A DNA stretch of 64,000 nucleotides from Paraspadella gotoi (lineage: Eukaryota; Animalia; Chaetognatha), in assembly GCA_051294375.1 (NCBI GenBank), contig CM119271.1, positions 14,948,770 through 15,012,769 of the forward strand, given 5' to 3'. The notes below the pieces were generated by a model. That model did no database searches and had not been told where the DNA came from. It was given only the letters and a program-made list of their open reading frames with translations. Made by a program: the position numbers and the translations under genes. Shown piece after piece: positions 23,901 through 34,916 of the stretch (position 1 is its first letter; every line of letters begins with the position of its first letter).

Positions 23901-25970
23901 TTAAAGTTTCTCGAGGACTACACTCAGAAACATTGGCACCATCACAAGCAACAGATGGAAGACTACGGCGTTTGGGACGAACACGGTGTCGTCAAGGAAC
24001 ACGTGTTGGACGCGAGCTTGGGCAGCCAAGCCGTCGTCGACAAGCACGGCAAGCTTCGCCACGTGACATCCAAAATGTTCCAAGGTCCCGACAACGTCAA
24101 GTTACGATCCTTTGAGAAACTGAAGAAACCGGAGGAGAAACAGAAGAAACAGGAAGAGAAACGAAGTCGAGAAAAAGAAACGAGAGAAGAATCGAAAAAA
24201 AGAAAAATGACGACGAGGACGAACAGCGTCGAAGATGGAAATAAAAAGAGGAGAAAAGATTCGCCAAACGCTTCGTACACCAACCCTCCTTTCAAACTGC
24301 AAACTTTTCCCTCCAATCGCCCCGACGTCAACATCGACCCTGCTCGGCCAAACAATGAATCTCGAACGCTTTATTTCCCTTATCAAAATCTATTGGGAAC
24401 GAATCAAGCGTCCGCGGCTCCGCAGCTGCTGTATCCGCTGCTGCTGCGACCGACTTCGATCAGCGGCGGAGATCGAGACGATGGACTCATCGACGTCGTC
24501 GTCGCTCACGACGGTGTCGATCGTCCGTGTCGAGGAGACGGGAGAATGACCTTGGGAGGAGGAGGAGGAGGAGACCCCGGCCTCATGACCTTGGAGTCTT
24601 TGAACGAGAAAAAGGAGGCGAGAAATTCGTCGCCTGAAAACGCGACTCGAATTCCGTCGTTGTCAAACTTCATCACGGCTTCGCTCGTCGACGGCGACTG
24701 CACCACCGGCGCCTCATCCTCCGCCATCTACATCAACTTCCACGGCACCGTCCCCGCGGGACGCGATCCGGAGACGGAAGAGTCGAGTACGCATGATCCT
24801 CCAAAATTGATAAGGAGATTTTTGAAGGTCGGACGGAACGCCTCCGGAAGTTCCTTCTGGCTCAGGGACGTCCAGTTGAGTTCGGCCATCCTCATGAATT
24901 ACCAAATGCCCGTCAAGGATGTGCAGCAAGTGCTGGAGGATGACGTCGAGAAACACCGACTGATGCTGGCGGATAAGCCGTCAAACGGCGCCGTCTCTGC
25001 GATTTTGGTCGATCAGTTGAAGCAACTCTTGGCCGAGTTGTCGTTTTGCGGAGGAGAGGAAGACGCCGGGGCGGCGGGATTTGTCGCCGAAGAAATTTGC
25101 ACCATCATGGTCGACGTCGCCTCCTTCGGCTTTGTCAAGTCAGAGGAGAAGTCGGCCGACGCCGCCAATCTTCCCTGTTGCTTCGCCCACAGAAAAATCA
25201 AAAAGAGAATCAAATCGGGCCAAAATTCCGTCGCCCCTCAGACCCTCCACGAATCGAATCAACCGGAGTCGAATCGGCGCGACGACGAGGTTGAGAATCC
25301 CTTCGAGTGGCGCGTCGCGGCCGAGACCGACGCCAAATTAGATCCGGCCGCTCATCCGCATCCTCGAGCGGAGATGTCATCTATGGACGCCTTGGACAAT
25401 CGCTCCAGCGCCTCGGGCGATAGCGGAGACAACGGAGGCAAGGCCTCCGTCGTCAGCAGCGGCAGCGCAGGAAAGCGTAGCGACGCGTCTAAAAAGTCGG
25501 CCGGCTGCAGCAGCGACGCCTCCAAAGATTCCTCTCTACCGACGGAAGCTAGCGGAGTTTCGCTGACGAGTTCCATCAAAGAATCCGATCGAAACGGAAG
25601 TGACTCTGATTCATCTATCGAAGGAAGATCACCGGAGATCGAGTTGGCAAAGTTGCTCTCCAAGAATTTGTTCGTGGATTTGGCGGAGGGTTTGACGTCT
25701 AATGTTGAAGGAGGAAATTATGTAGGCGGGGGCGCCAGACGAAAGCCGGCGCGAAAACGTCATTCTCTCTCTGTCGGCGTCGCCAAGACCGTCACGTCGG
25801 TCGAAAGCGAAGGTCGTCCTTCGTCGGCGCCAGAGTTAATGATCCGAGATTCTCCGTCCGACCCTTCGTCCTCCGTGGAACTGACGCTGCAGGAATTGTT
25901 CAAGGACGCCACTTCCGGAATGACCGGTCCCGGATTGCCCTCTCGACCCAATTCGCCCAAACGCAATTGA
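20991..25970 (+). CDS. per: Period circadian clock protein, single uninterrupted ORF of 1659 aa
   Basis: PAS-A (LLGYRPDMWLRQSFVKYV; YCRLSPYSSLEKGF); PAS-B/PAC (FFTRHDSDCAFTSVD...LLGHLPQEMCGVSIFQFLHPEDL...NGSYLWVSTEWTSFLNPWTSLIEFIVGNHTIVQGPADPNVL); TYAQLNYAHNIKRFLMSSP; CK1-binding LTEDLLQHHT; Period_C-like FWLRDVQLSSAILMNYQMPVKDVQQVLEDD. Confidence 0.93.
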   Translation: MENIDKSSSTPSVKESEGSAPRLESSGATPIISLLQTQFYSDPSSRLLRSRSPPSFDSPPPKRLGLCPPSQTETGNSFSLVDPSILPSSSAAPLSDPRVPSRPSSPRDPLPPPSEAESPPTNVRVPSPNYAGAASGFLLDSSASSVLGSLRSKEDSAASYVRVHPSASSDKSRRAFMSDLGIGLDFLPSDCGGTGSARAESSGAGWNYWSSTNVATVSEAPSSQGEISCSLSKEKMSAIRQKLRELKSIAPTSKISSSGSRTVSAIQFAIDSINSSLEGKERNQISAKEKPSLTKDRSLPPPDAGIDNRKYLRKLPSYLSVVETHPWYSDPEGFAITLDLRTFEITAVSPQLYDLLGYRPDMWLRQSFVKYVSSYDSWTLGTHFAMMQTNFIKGSPGKKETNGDCKGNPLNVYCRLSPYSSLEKGFSFPAERDKIAFKLTCVIHPPRKTLESGESSPDPLSGDESDLSAAEIEWDNEACDKSAIFILASPLYSPYSKPYSLPGGTNQEECAFFTRHDSDCAFTSVDSKVTTLLGHLPQEMCGVSIFQFLHPEDLSLLLDIHQKISVTPHSRMPVINRKAFRLRCYNGSYLWVSTEWTSFLNPWTSLIEFIVGNHTIVQGPADPNVLASNVDKAKPTKPQRAMARQIGKKIRDLLSTPVAQHSSSSESSSVIILGKLPSSQKKSVNNESSKKSIMSLGSFGEELEKLRGQALLIQENDSTARPVVDPEILKVMKETLSLDPPLAPVPVKQVVKEFKGVVDAGAKKEFGDSAPRSAMNDKDASCSCPSDAEPYATYAQLNYAHNIKRFLMSSPQTYTHNRMIRFNPGFLDDDIPLVLPKPACVKSVNSAHSQKVLVSEKDAPLHRDENANCSEDEEMRLEEVEKEKLRDEDQPMQELQKLMQDEAAKKGETLGTESFPAIGKGSKEPLKKIDSGEKSTSRFPDIATEDADKPLYVPQVLTEDLLQHHTRLEKLKFLEDYTQKHWHHHKQQMEDYGVWDEHGVVKEHVLDASLGSQAVVDKHGKLRHVTSKMFQGPDNVKLRSFEKLKKPEEKQKKQEEKRSREKETREESKKRKMTTRTNSVEDGNKKRRKDSPNASYTNPPFKLQTFPSNRPDVNIDPARPNNESRTLYFPYQNLLGTNQASAAPQLLYPLLLRPTSISGGDRDDGLIDVVVAHDGVDRPCRGDGRMTLGGGGGGDPGLMTLESLNEKKEARNSSPENATRIPSLSNFITASLVDGDCTTGASSSAIYINFHGTVPAGRDPETEESSTHDPPKLIRRFLKVGRNASGSSFWLRDVQLSSAILMNYQMPVKDVQQVLEDDVEKHRLMLADKPSNGAVSAILVDQLKQLLAELSFCGGEEDAGAAGFVAEEICTIMVDVASFGFVKSEEKSADAANLPCCFAHRKIKKRIKSGQNSVAPQTLHESNQPESNRRDDEVENPFEWRVAAETDAKLDPAAHPHPRAEMSSMDALDNRSSASGDSGDNGGKASVVSSGSAGKRSDASKKSAGCSSDASKDSSLPTEASGVSLTSSIKESDRNGSDSDSSIEGRSPEIELAKLLSKNLFVDLAEGLTSNVEGGNYVGGGARRKPARKRHSLSVGVAKTVTSVESEGRPSSAPELMIRDSPSDPSSSVELTLQELFKDATSGMTGPGLPSRPNSPKRN

Positions 25971-27069
25971 ATTACTCATGGGAGGATATTTTTTTTTTCA
26001 TCCCAAGAGGCGACACTGAAAAAACCGCATTGAATTATTTTTATTGCCTTTTAAATGAATGATATTACTTTTGGACTTTTTTTTATATAACCGAAATTAG
26101 TCGGGGAATTTTTTTTTTAAATACTTGGGATTTGAAATAAAATTATAACTGTCAAGTCAAAAATTTAAGATTCAATTTAGGCCAAACGAAAATTCATATT
26201 CTGGTTAGAAAAGTTTTAAATTGATTTCTATGTTTTAAAAGCGTTGTCGTTTTCTCGAATGATCTTGTTTGCAATGTGTTATTGTTGGACATAACTGTTT
26301 TAATCTCCCCATGAAACAATTCTTATGTCGTTTTTTCCCCCACCTCCGTTTAATTTGGCTCCATTCGTTTCGGCCTGAAATTTCAAATTAGCGAGTTGAG
26401 AATTTAATAATTCACATAGAAAAATTTTACTTTGCTTAACTGTACTACACAATAATCCATTTATATTGTTACCAAAGAACACTTATCCAGATTGCCGCCC
26501 AAAAGTTTACCATGCTTTAGCGGCGACCTGTAAAATCTTTTGATGTCGCTACATTAATCGTGTTTGTTCTAGTCGTTTTACTCAAGAATTCTGTTCGGTG
26601 CCAATTTCCGTTTTAATTATATATTTTATTTAAATTATTACGCTTTCGTAAATAATATTGGCTACTGTACAATGATATTATTTAGTACACTATACTGTAA
26701 TCTGTTAATCGCTGTTGATACGGGATTATATCAAAAAACTGATGCGAAAAATCTATTGGAAATGGTCTTGTGATGTTGCTGCGGGCATTTACAAATTTAA
26801 CATTCGCGGGATATTTTATTTCATTTTACATTTACCAAAAATGTTAATACCGTCGAATTTATTTTAAGGGTGGGAGTAGGGGAACCTGCCATAAAAGCCT
26901 TTCATCAATTTTGTGACCAAAGATAAAGAATCTTTTTATGTAATATTTTACCCGACGTTTTTTCTTCGTACATTTTTTCTTACCCCAAGAATTACAAGCA
27001 AATCCGTCGCTCTCTAGTTTGTGATATCGTCCGCGCAAACGAAAGATAAAACTTTTTGTCCGCGCAGTA

Positions 27070-27128
<59 letters not shown>

Positions 27129-27501
27129 ATCGTCGTCTTTATAATTTTTTGGTTTTCTCCTTTTCACCCCAAACAGAAAAATATTCTTCGCCCCCTTCAG
27201 CTTTTTTTCAGCTCTACAGTTATGAAAGGCTCGAGCTTAACTGAGAAACCTTTGAGTGCGAAAGGTTGCGGCTTCTCTTATCGATCGACTTTCGATTTTA
27301 GGAAATAGCAGAGACATCGCTTTTTATTTATTTTTTCGATTGACGATTTAACTGCGGAGAGAGGGAGAGAGAGAGAAAGAAACTCGGCGTCTTTCGCGGC
27401 GCAGACCAACTCGTTCCTTTCCCCGAGGGGGAAAAAAGAGAGACGAACTTACCCAGTCGGACTCACCCGGTCGGACTCGGAGACCAGAAAAACTTTTCAC
27501 G

Positions 27502-28237
27502 ATGAACGGACTCTCGCTCTCCGAGTTGTGCTGCCTCTTCTGCTGCCCGCCCTGCCCCGGGCGGATCGCCGCCAAGCTGGCCTTCCTGCCCCCCGAGCCG
27601 ACCTACAGTATCCTTCAGGAGGACAACCAGTCGTCCAGGTTTGGGAGAGAAAGAGAGAGAGATAGAGATAAGTTTATAAATTATTAACTAATTGATTTAT
27701 TCTGAAGCAAAAATCCGAGATTAAAGTCAATAAGTTTTAAATTTTCCATCTTTTTCTATTTTGGGTCAAGGTACACCCTCCACCTGACCGAGCGCGCGGA
27801 ATGGCAGTACACTCAACGCGAGCTCGACTCTATCGAGGTGTTCACGACGCGGTCGAACCGCGGAAACCGCGTCACGTGCATGTTCATCCGCTGCGTGCCT
27901 AACGCGCGCTACACGCTCCTCTTCTCCCACGGCAACGCTGTCGATCTGGGTCAGATGAGCTCGTTTTACATCGGACTCGGCTCGAGGATCAACTGCAACG
28001 TCTTTAGCTTTGATTACTCAGGTGAGGAGGAGGAGGAGCGGCAGCAGCAGCGGTAGCAGCGGCAGCGTTAATTTCACCAAGGCCGCGTGTTTTAAAAAAA
28101 TTGACTTCAAAATCGGGTCCTTGAGTTGTAAGGTTACAATTTCGAATGTAAGGAAAAAGTCAAGGAGGAAAGAACTAGGGCCGAGGACCGAGGTCGACTC
28201 CAATAAAAATCGTTTCTTCCTTACCTGTTACGGGAGT

Positions 28238-28278
<41 letters not shown>

Positions 28279-29548
28279 CGCTCAAAAGAAATTGTTTTCT
28301 AATTTGTTTTTCCTCGGCCCTTTGCTTCTCTTTCATTCTCCTTTGTCGCTTTTTAAATTCATATTTTTTTTTTCAAACATTCGCTCTTAAAGATTTCGAA
28401 CCGCAGCCGCATTAATTACCTACTCAGATTTTCCTCATCATTACAGTAAGGTCTCTCTCTTAATCCGATAAATCTTCTTTCCCCCCCCCCCCGCAGGATA
28501 CGGTCAGAGCACGGGGAAGCCTTCGGAAAAGAATCTTTACGCGGACATCGAGGCGGCGTGGCACGCGCTTCGCTCTCGCTACGGCGTCTCGCCCGAAAAC
28601 ATCATCTTATACGGACAAAGCATCGGAACAGTGCCAACCGTCGATCTGGCCTCTCGTTACGAGGTCCGGATTTCAACCCACTATACAATATACTTTTTTT
28701 TTTGCCCTTATTGTCTCGGTTACTTCTTTTGTAGCCGCTATCCCCATCTATCTATCCAGTATCCACATCTAATGTAATCATTTTTGTTTCGCGTCCTTCC
28801 TCTCCTTTTCCCTTTTTCACGCCACCTTCCCCCCGCCACCCCCTCCGCCAGCAGGTAGGCGGAGTGATTCTTCACTCCCCGTTGATGTCTGGTATGCGAG
28901 TGGCCTTTCCCGACACGAAGCGGACGTGGTGTTTCGACGCCTTTCCCTCCATCGACAAAGTCCCGAAGGTGTCGTCGCCGGTGTTGGTGATCCACGGGAC
29001 CGAGGACGAGGTGATCGACTTCAGCCACGGCCTCGCCATCTACGAGCACTGTCCCCGCCCCGTCGAGCCCCTCTGGGTCGAGGGAGCCGGCCACAACGAC
29101 GTCGAGCTCTACGGCCAGTACCTCGACCGGCTAAGGTGAAACTCACCTTTTTAGTTCATGTATTCATCTATTCATAAAGCTAAAGTATTGCAATAAAATA
29201 TATGAAAATTATTTGAAAAACAATTTATTAAGTCTTTCTGAAATAGTAAACTATAACTTCTAAGGATACCGTATCAAAAGATATGGGAAATAATCCAAAC
29301 TGCTACAATATGTAAATGAAATTGAATGACTCTACTGCGATCGTAATTCTCTCTTTCCATCTTTTTTTCCTTTCAGACAATTTATCGCCAACGAGTTGCC
29401 CGCCTTGACGTTCACCCCTGATCCCTCGACCGCGACGACGACCACGACGACGACGACAGCCAACAACTCCAATTCAAATTCCAACTCCGTCGTCAATCAC
29501 GCCGCCAATCACGACGCCAATCACGCCGCCAATCACGACGCTAATTAA
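27502..29548 (+). CDS. ABHD17: Alpha/beta hydrolase ABHD17 depalmitoylase (5 exons)
   Basis: [35 protein letters not shown]; [13 protein letters not shown]; [14 protein letters not shown]; [15 protein letters not shown]; [13 protein letters not shown]. Confidence 0.97.
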
Positions 29549-29651
29549 AATAATCTTCAACCTTTTTTTTAGTTTTTCTCTCTTTTTTCCTTTTTTCTGT
29601 CAAACTTTTTTTCCAGTATCCACCCATCTTATTGATATAAAATCTCTATTT

Positions 29652-29688
<37 letters not shown>

Positions 29689-30547
29689 TTCACTTTTTTG
29701 TTATTTTTTTTTTCACTTACATTTTATTTGCAAATTTTCTCTTAGCGGCACATATCCTGAAAAGTCGCCAGTTGCCTTTTGTAGATTTTTTATCTTAAGA
29801 TTTATTTCCTTTTTTTTTCTTTCCTGATATAAAATTTATATTTTTGGCCATCGTGACTCGGACGGTTAATTCCACATTCGCACCGACCGATCTCGACCCG
29901 AACTGTGAAAAACTGCGAAAACGTAGCTTTTTCGTCAATGAACCGGTTTTTGGTTTGGTTTTCGCCTCTAGTAAATCCCAACGAGGATCGGAGAAAAGAT
30001 GGTTCAACTTAGTTCGTGAAATTTATACGTAAATTTAGTGAAATCATCACCCCTCTCCCCTCTCCTCTCTCCTTCCCTTGAAATCGATCATTGTGTAAAA
30101 GTTCTTTCAATTTTGTCCTCTTGTCTTTACTCTCTGAACTCGAGCACAGTGATTAGTCCACAAAATAAATGCAACAAAAAAAAAAAACAGAAAATGTTGT
30201 GATGTTTTGGATGTCCGTTGTGTAAAAATCGTAAACGCGTCGAATCTTGGTTTTTCTGTAAGCATTCCTTCCTTCCTTCCAAAGCGCTCGTATATCAATC
30301 AGATCTACTAGTTTAAAACATAAATTTAGATACAACTGTCTATTTTTCTTCCCGCCATTTCTTCCCGCCAACTTTCTTGGTTTTTTCTAAGGCAACCAGC
30401 ATTGACTCCCTAGATTTATTTTTTTTTTGCGGTTGACGTAGACTCGTTTTCATGTTAAATGTCAACTTATGTCTTTTCTCTAGTCATGTCAAACCATGTC
30501 TAGTGGCATGCTATCTTTATCGGTATTTTTAAGCTATATATTTGTTT

Positions 30548-30578
<31 letters not shown>

Positions 30579-31264
30579 CATAGGGTGGATCGAACGTTTT
30601 TGAACGCAATAAGTTTTAATATTTAGGTTTATCATTCTCGATATTATTTAATATTTATTACAACTAATTCTCTAAGTCAATAATGAAAACAATGCGTGTT
30701 TGTTGTAAAATAGATCTTAGATCTTCCAAGCGACAACGTTGTAACGATTGGTTACTAACCATGCCATTTTGTAAGCATTATATGTTACGTTTGCATCAAT
30801 AAAACTTTCTAGAATTTTTTTAAGTCTAATTTTCATTTAAAGGGGAAAAAGAGCCGAAAAACTATTTCCTATGTTTTTTTAGTCTGTGTTTTTTTTTTTT
30901 TTTTTTTTTAATACTTTATTTATGTGATTTTTTTATGCTTATTTTTGGTGGTAGTTTGAGACAATTTTCCCACGAGGCAAAAAAGGAAACCAGGCCCATA
31001 TTTATTACGTTAATCAATCAATAATTAAGATCATTTTAAACAATAGCGAGTCATCGCCGATTCCGTTATTACTTGTATATAAATTATAAGTTATAAGTTT
31101 TGTTTTTCTCCCCTCTAAAAAGATAAATTAAAATACGCTCCACTTCATTTCTTTTTAAATATTTTGTACAGTTGCCTAATGCCAAACTTGCCGACCATCC
31201 AGAGCGCTTTTGTTTCTGTGATCTCACACCACCTTCCAATACCTCCTCCCGCTCCGCGGTCGCG

Positions 31265-34200
31265 ATGGAGGATCCGGACGAGTCGAACGAAACCCCCAAC
31301 AAATTGGCGATGAAGTCGTCGTTCATCGTGAGCGACGCCATTCACGGCTCCATGATTTTCCACTGGATCCTCCGCCTCTTCATAGACACGAACCACTTTC
31401 AGCGGCTTCGCAGCATCAAGCAGCTTGGCGGCTCTTATTTCGTCTATCCTTCAGCGGAGCATTCACGTTTCGTCCACTCTTTGGGCGTGGCGCACCTGGC
31501 GGAGAAATTGATCAAGGCGCTGAGGGATCGATCGCCATTGGCCGCCGCCGTCGACGAGAAGGACGTCCTCTGCGTGACCATCGCCGGTCTCGCCCACGAC
31601 TTGGGTCACGGACCCTTTTCTCACGTCTGGGAGGTCTTCATGAAGCTGCAGAGGTGAGGTCAAACTGACCTATTTTCTTTTACTGAGGGTTCAATTTTCT
31701 ATGTCCCTCACCACCTCTTCAGACCCGCAGACCGTTGGCGTCACGAAGATCAAAGCCTGAAGATACTCGACGATCTACTCGACCGCCGCGGCGTCTGGGA
31801 GGAATTGCGGCGTCGAGGCTTCGAAGACGTCGACCGGGTTTTTATCAAGGAGTTGATCAGTCCTCCGAAGGCTCGCGACGATGGCGGTTATCCCTTCGTC
31901 GGGAGACCAATCGGTGAGCAGGGCGGGGAGGGGGGGGGGATTAGATGATATTTAAAGAAAAATCACTGATTGAAAGAATCCGATAGTTTTGATGTTGATA
32001 GTTTTCTTATTGAAATTAAATCATTTGAATTTTGCAGTATTTTTATTTTGTTTAAAACATAACCATTAACCATATTTATTGTTTTGCGCTGCTTAATTCG
32101 GTCCTTGCTTTCAAAAGTACAACATTCTTAGTGGGATTTTCAAGTGCATTTTTATACCAATTTGAAAACATTATCAATTATAGAGAATGTGACTTGTTTC
32201 CTCCAGGCAAAGAGTTCCTCTACCAAATCGTGGCCAACCCCGTCTCCGGCGTCGACGTCGACAAGTTCGACTACATCGCGCGCGACTCGAAACAACTCGG
32301 CGTCGACTTCTCCTTCGACGCCGGTCGCTTCGAAGCGCTCGCCCGCGTCGTCGAGGCGCCGGGCGATTGGTGGATCATGGCGGACGGGACGCGGCGCCCA
32401 AAACTCGTCATCGGCGTCAGAGACAAGGACGCTACCAACATCGTCTCGCTCTTTCAGACGAGGCAGGCAAGTTTATCTTTGTATAATGTTAATATCATAA
32501 ACATCTTTAACATAGCCATAAAACGCCATATCCTATTTATTAAATGATATATTTTCTCTTCAGGATCTCCACCGCAAAGTCTATCAACACAAAACTACGA
32601 AGATCGTCGAAAAGATTCTCAGCGAGATATTCGGTCTTGTGGACGACGAAGAGGTCCTCACGGGCAAATTTAAATTTCTTGCCTTAACTGTATAGTATTA
32701 GAATGAGCTAGTTTTTAATAGTATTTTGTTTTTAATTTAAGATCTTCCCCGTCCGCGGGCGAGACGGCGCCGTCTTCCGTCTCTCCACCGCCCATCGCGA
32801 CGTTGACGCCTTCTTGTCCATCACGAACGACATCCTCGGAGAGATAATGCGGTTGGACGAGACCAGAGTCCCGGAGCCCAAGAGGTCCTTCATTCTGCAA
32901 ATATAAATAGAAAAATAATTTAAATATTATCGAAGAATAAATATAATATATCCTAAATCCCCTAGACGCTTTCTCGAATCTGCGAAGGACAAGATTTCTG
33001 CCATTCATGAGCGCCAATTTCCCAAATGCGTCCACGCATTCAACTTCAACCCAAAACTCTACGACGATTTTCTGACTCAGGACGAACAAAAATGGGCGGA
33101 AGAACTCGTGAGGTGAGGAATCCAAGGAAGGAGTGAGATTTTCAAGAAAGTGTGTGTGAAATGAAAATACTTTGCATCGACTTAATCCTTTGGTCACAAT
33201 CAACAAAAATGAAGCTGATTTTTTTTTTCTCTCTCTTTCTCTCTCTCTCCCCTTCCTCTCTCTTCCCCTGTTCAGCCTTCACAACACCTCTTCTTCTTTT
33301 TCTTCCGCCTCTTCTCTCTCTCCCTCCGACGTCCGCTTTATCGTCACCACTTTCGATCTCGGCTCCGGCAACGAGGATCCCCTTTCCAAGATCGTCTTTT
33401 ACAGGTCAGTTCCCTTTCTAGCTCATCTTCCTGTTAGGGGCACGAATTCTGCGATGCAACAGTGTTAGGGGGGGAATTCTGCGTACCCCCTAACTGATGG
33501 TAATGAGGACGGAGAATGATAGATCGCGGGCGGCCGTGCATTGACAGTCTCTGCACACTGGATCATAATGAGGGGGAAACACAACAGTGATTAATAATCT
33601 TTAGCCTGTATTTTAAACCCTCATACTATAATATTTACGTTTCAAGATAGCTGGGTAGCTATGAATAAAATGTTTTATTTGTAAACAAGTCTATATTTAA
33701 ATGAATGACATTCCCTTTCATCCTTTCATCCAATTATCATTCTCCCCAAATTTTCCGCAGATCTGACGACACGAGCGTCCGTCTCTCGATGCGCCAAGTC
33801 TCCGCGATTCTGCCGATCGAATTCGCTGAGCAGAAAATTTTCGTGTTCTCTGTCGATCCGAAAAAAAAGGAGACGGTCAGGTGTGCGGTCTCTCTTTACG
33901 ATATTACTTGTTTTACCATATCTTTAAAGAAAAATTTGTGGGGGGGGGGAAATATTAGAAAATAGTTTTGATTTCTTGAGAGTTTAATAATTTTTGTTGA
34001 AGGAAAAACATTAACTAAGTACAATATATTTTAGGATTCTAACAGTTATGTTTTTATATTGTTTACTTTTAACCTATTTTATTTTAGGGGGTGAGGGAGG
34101 TTAGTGTTAGAGGGATCATTTATACTATTTTTAAAAAAAATACTTATTCGTATTGATTATTATTTGTAGAAAAGCCGCTGAAAAGTGGGAGGAGACGAAG

Positions 34201-34377
34201 AAAAGCGAATGGGTCTCGTCGAAGATGGGTCGATTTTCGGCGCCCAGCGAAGACGCCGTCACCGAGTACCGACGCCCCGATACGCCGCCTCCGTCTCAGG
34301 AACGCGCTCAGGCTCCGCCGCCACCGACCAAGAGAGGGCTCAACGCGAGAAGGCGTATTTTGTCCGAGGACCATTAA
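31265..34377 (+). CDS. SAMHD1: SAMHD1-like HD-domain dNTP triphosphohydrolase (no SAM domain visible), multi-exon
   Basis: DAIHG...IDTNHFQRLRSIKQLGGSYFVYPSAEHSRFVHSLGV; IAGLAHDLGHGPFSH; FLYQIVAN..GVDVDKFDYIARD; FQTRQ|DLHRKVYQHKT; QVSAILPIEFAEQ. Confidence 0.92.
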
Positions 34378-34916
34378 ACGAGAAAGAAGATTTTTGTTAT
34401 TTGTGGTCACGTTTTTAGTTTTGGGATCAAATTTGGTCACTAGATTTAGTGGAGTTTTTTTTTTTCGAGGCGATATTTTTGTATTTGCTTTTTTCTCGAT
34501 CGGGAACAATCTTACTTACTCAAGTTTGCAACGGCCCGACTTGGTCAACAACTCTACGTACTTATATTCTCACCCAAGTGCAAATTAAATATTTATAATT
34601 TATTTAATTATTGTTACCTCTCGTTGATATTTTTCTCTCATGGTTGCAAATTTATTGCATTTATATTTAAATTAGTTTGGTTTTTTCACTTCTTCGGACG
34701 AATATTATTACACAGGTCTTTTTGTAATCTCAATGGAATCTTATACAGTATTACCGCCGATATATTATCGATTTTTGTCCATTTAATAAAATAATAATGA
34801 TATAAAAATGATTGATTTTTTTTGCGGCTCACTCAGCGAGTCTTGCGTCGACGCCTTTGAAAAGAGATTCAACTGATGAGCAGCGGGGTTTTCCGTCTCT
34901 CGCTCACAACACAACG

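Noticed and set aside
21070-25966. Numerous overlapping alternative-frame and antisense ORFs within per and other GC-rich exons
   Set aside because: Expected from GC-rich codon usage; none shows a recognisable domain.
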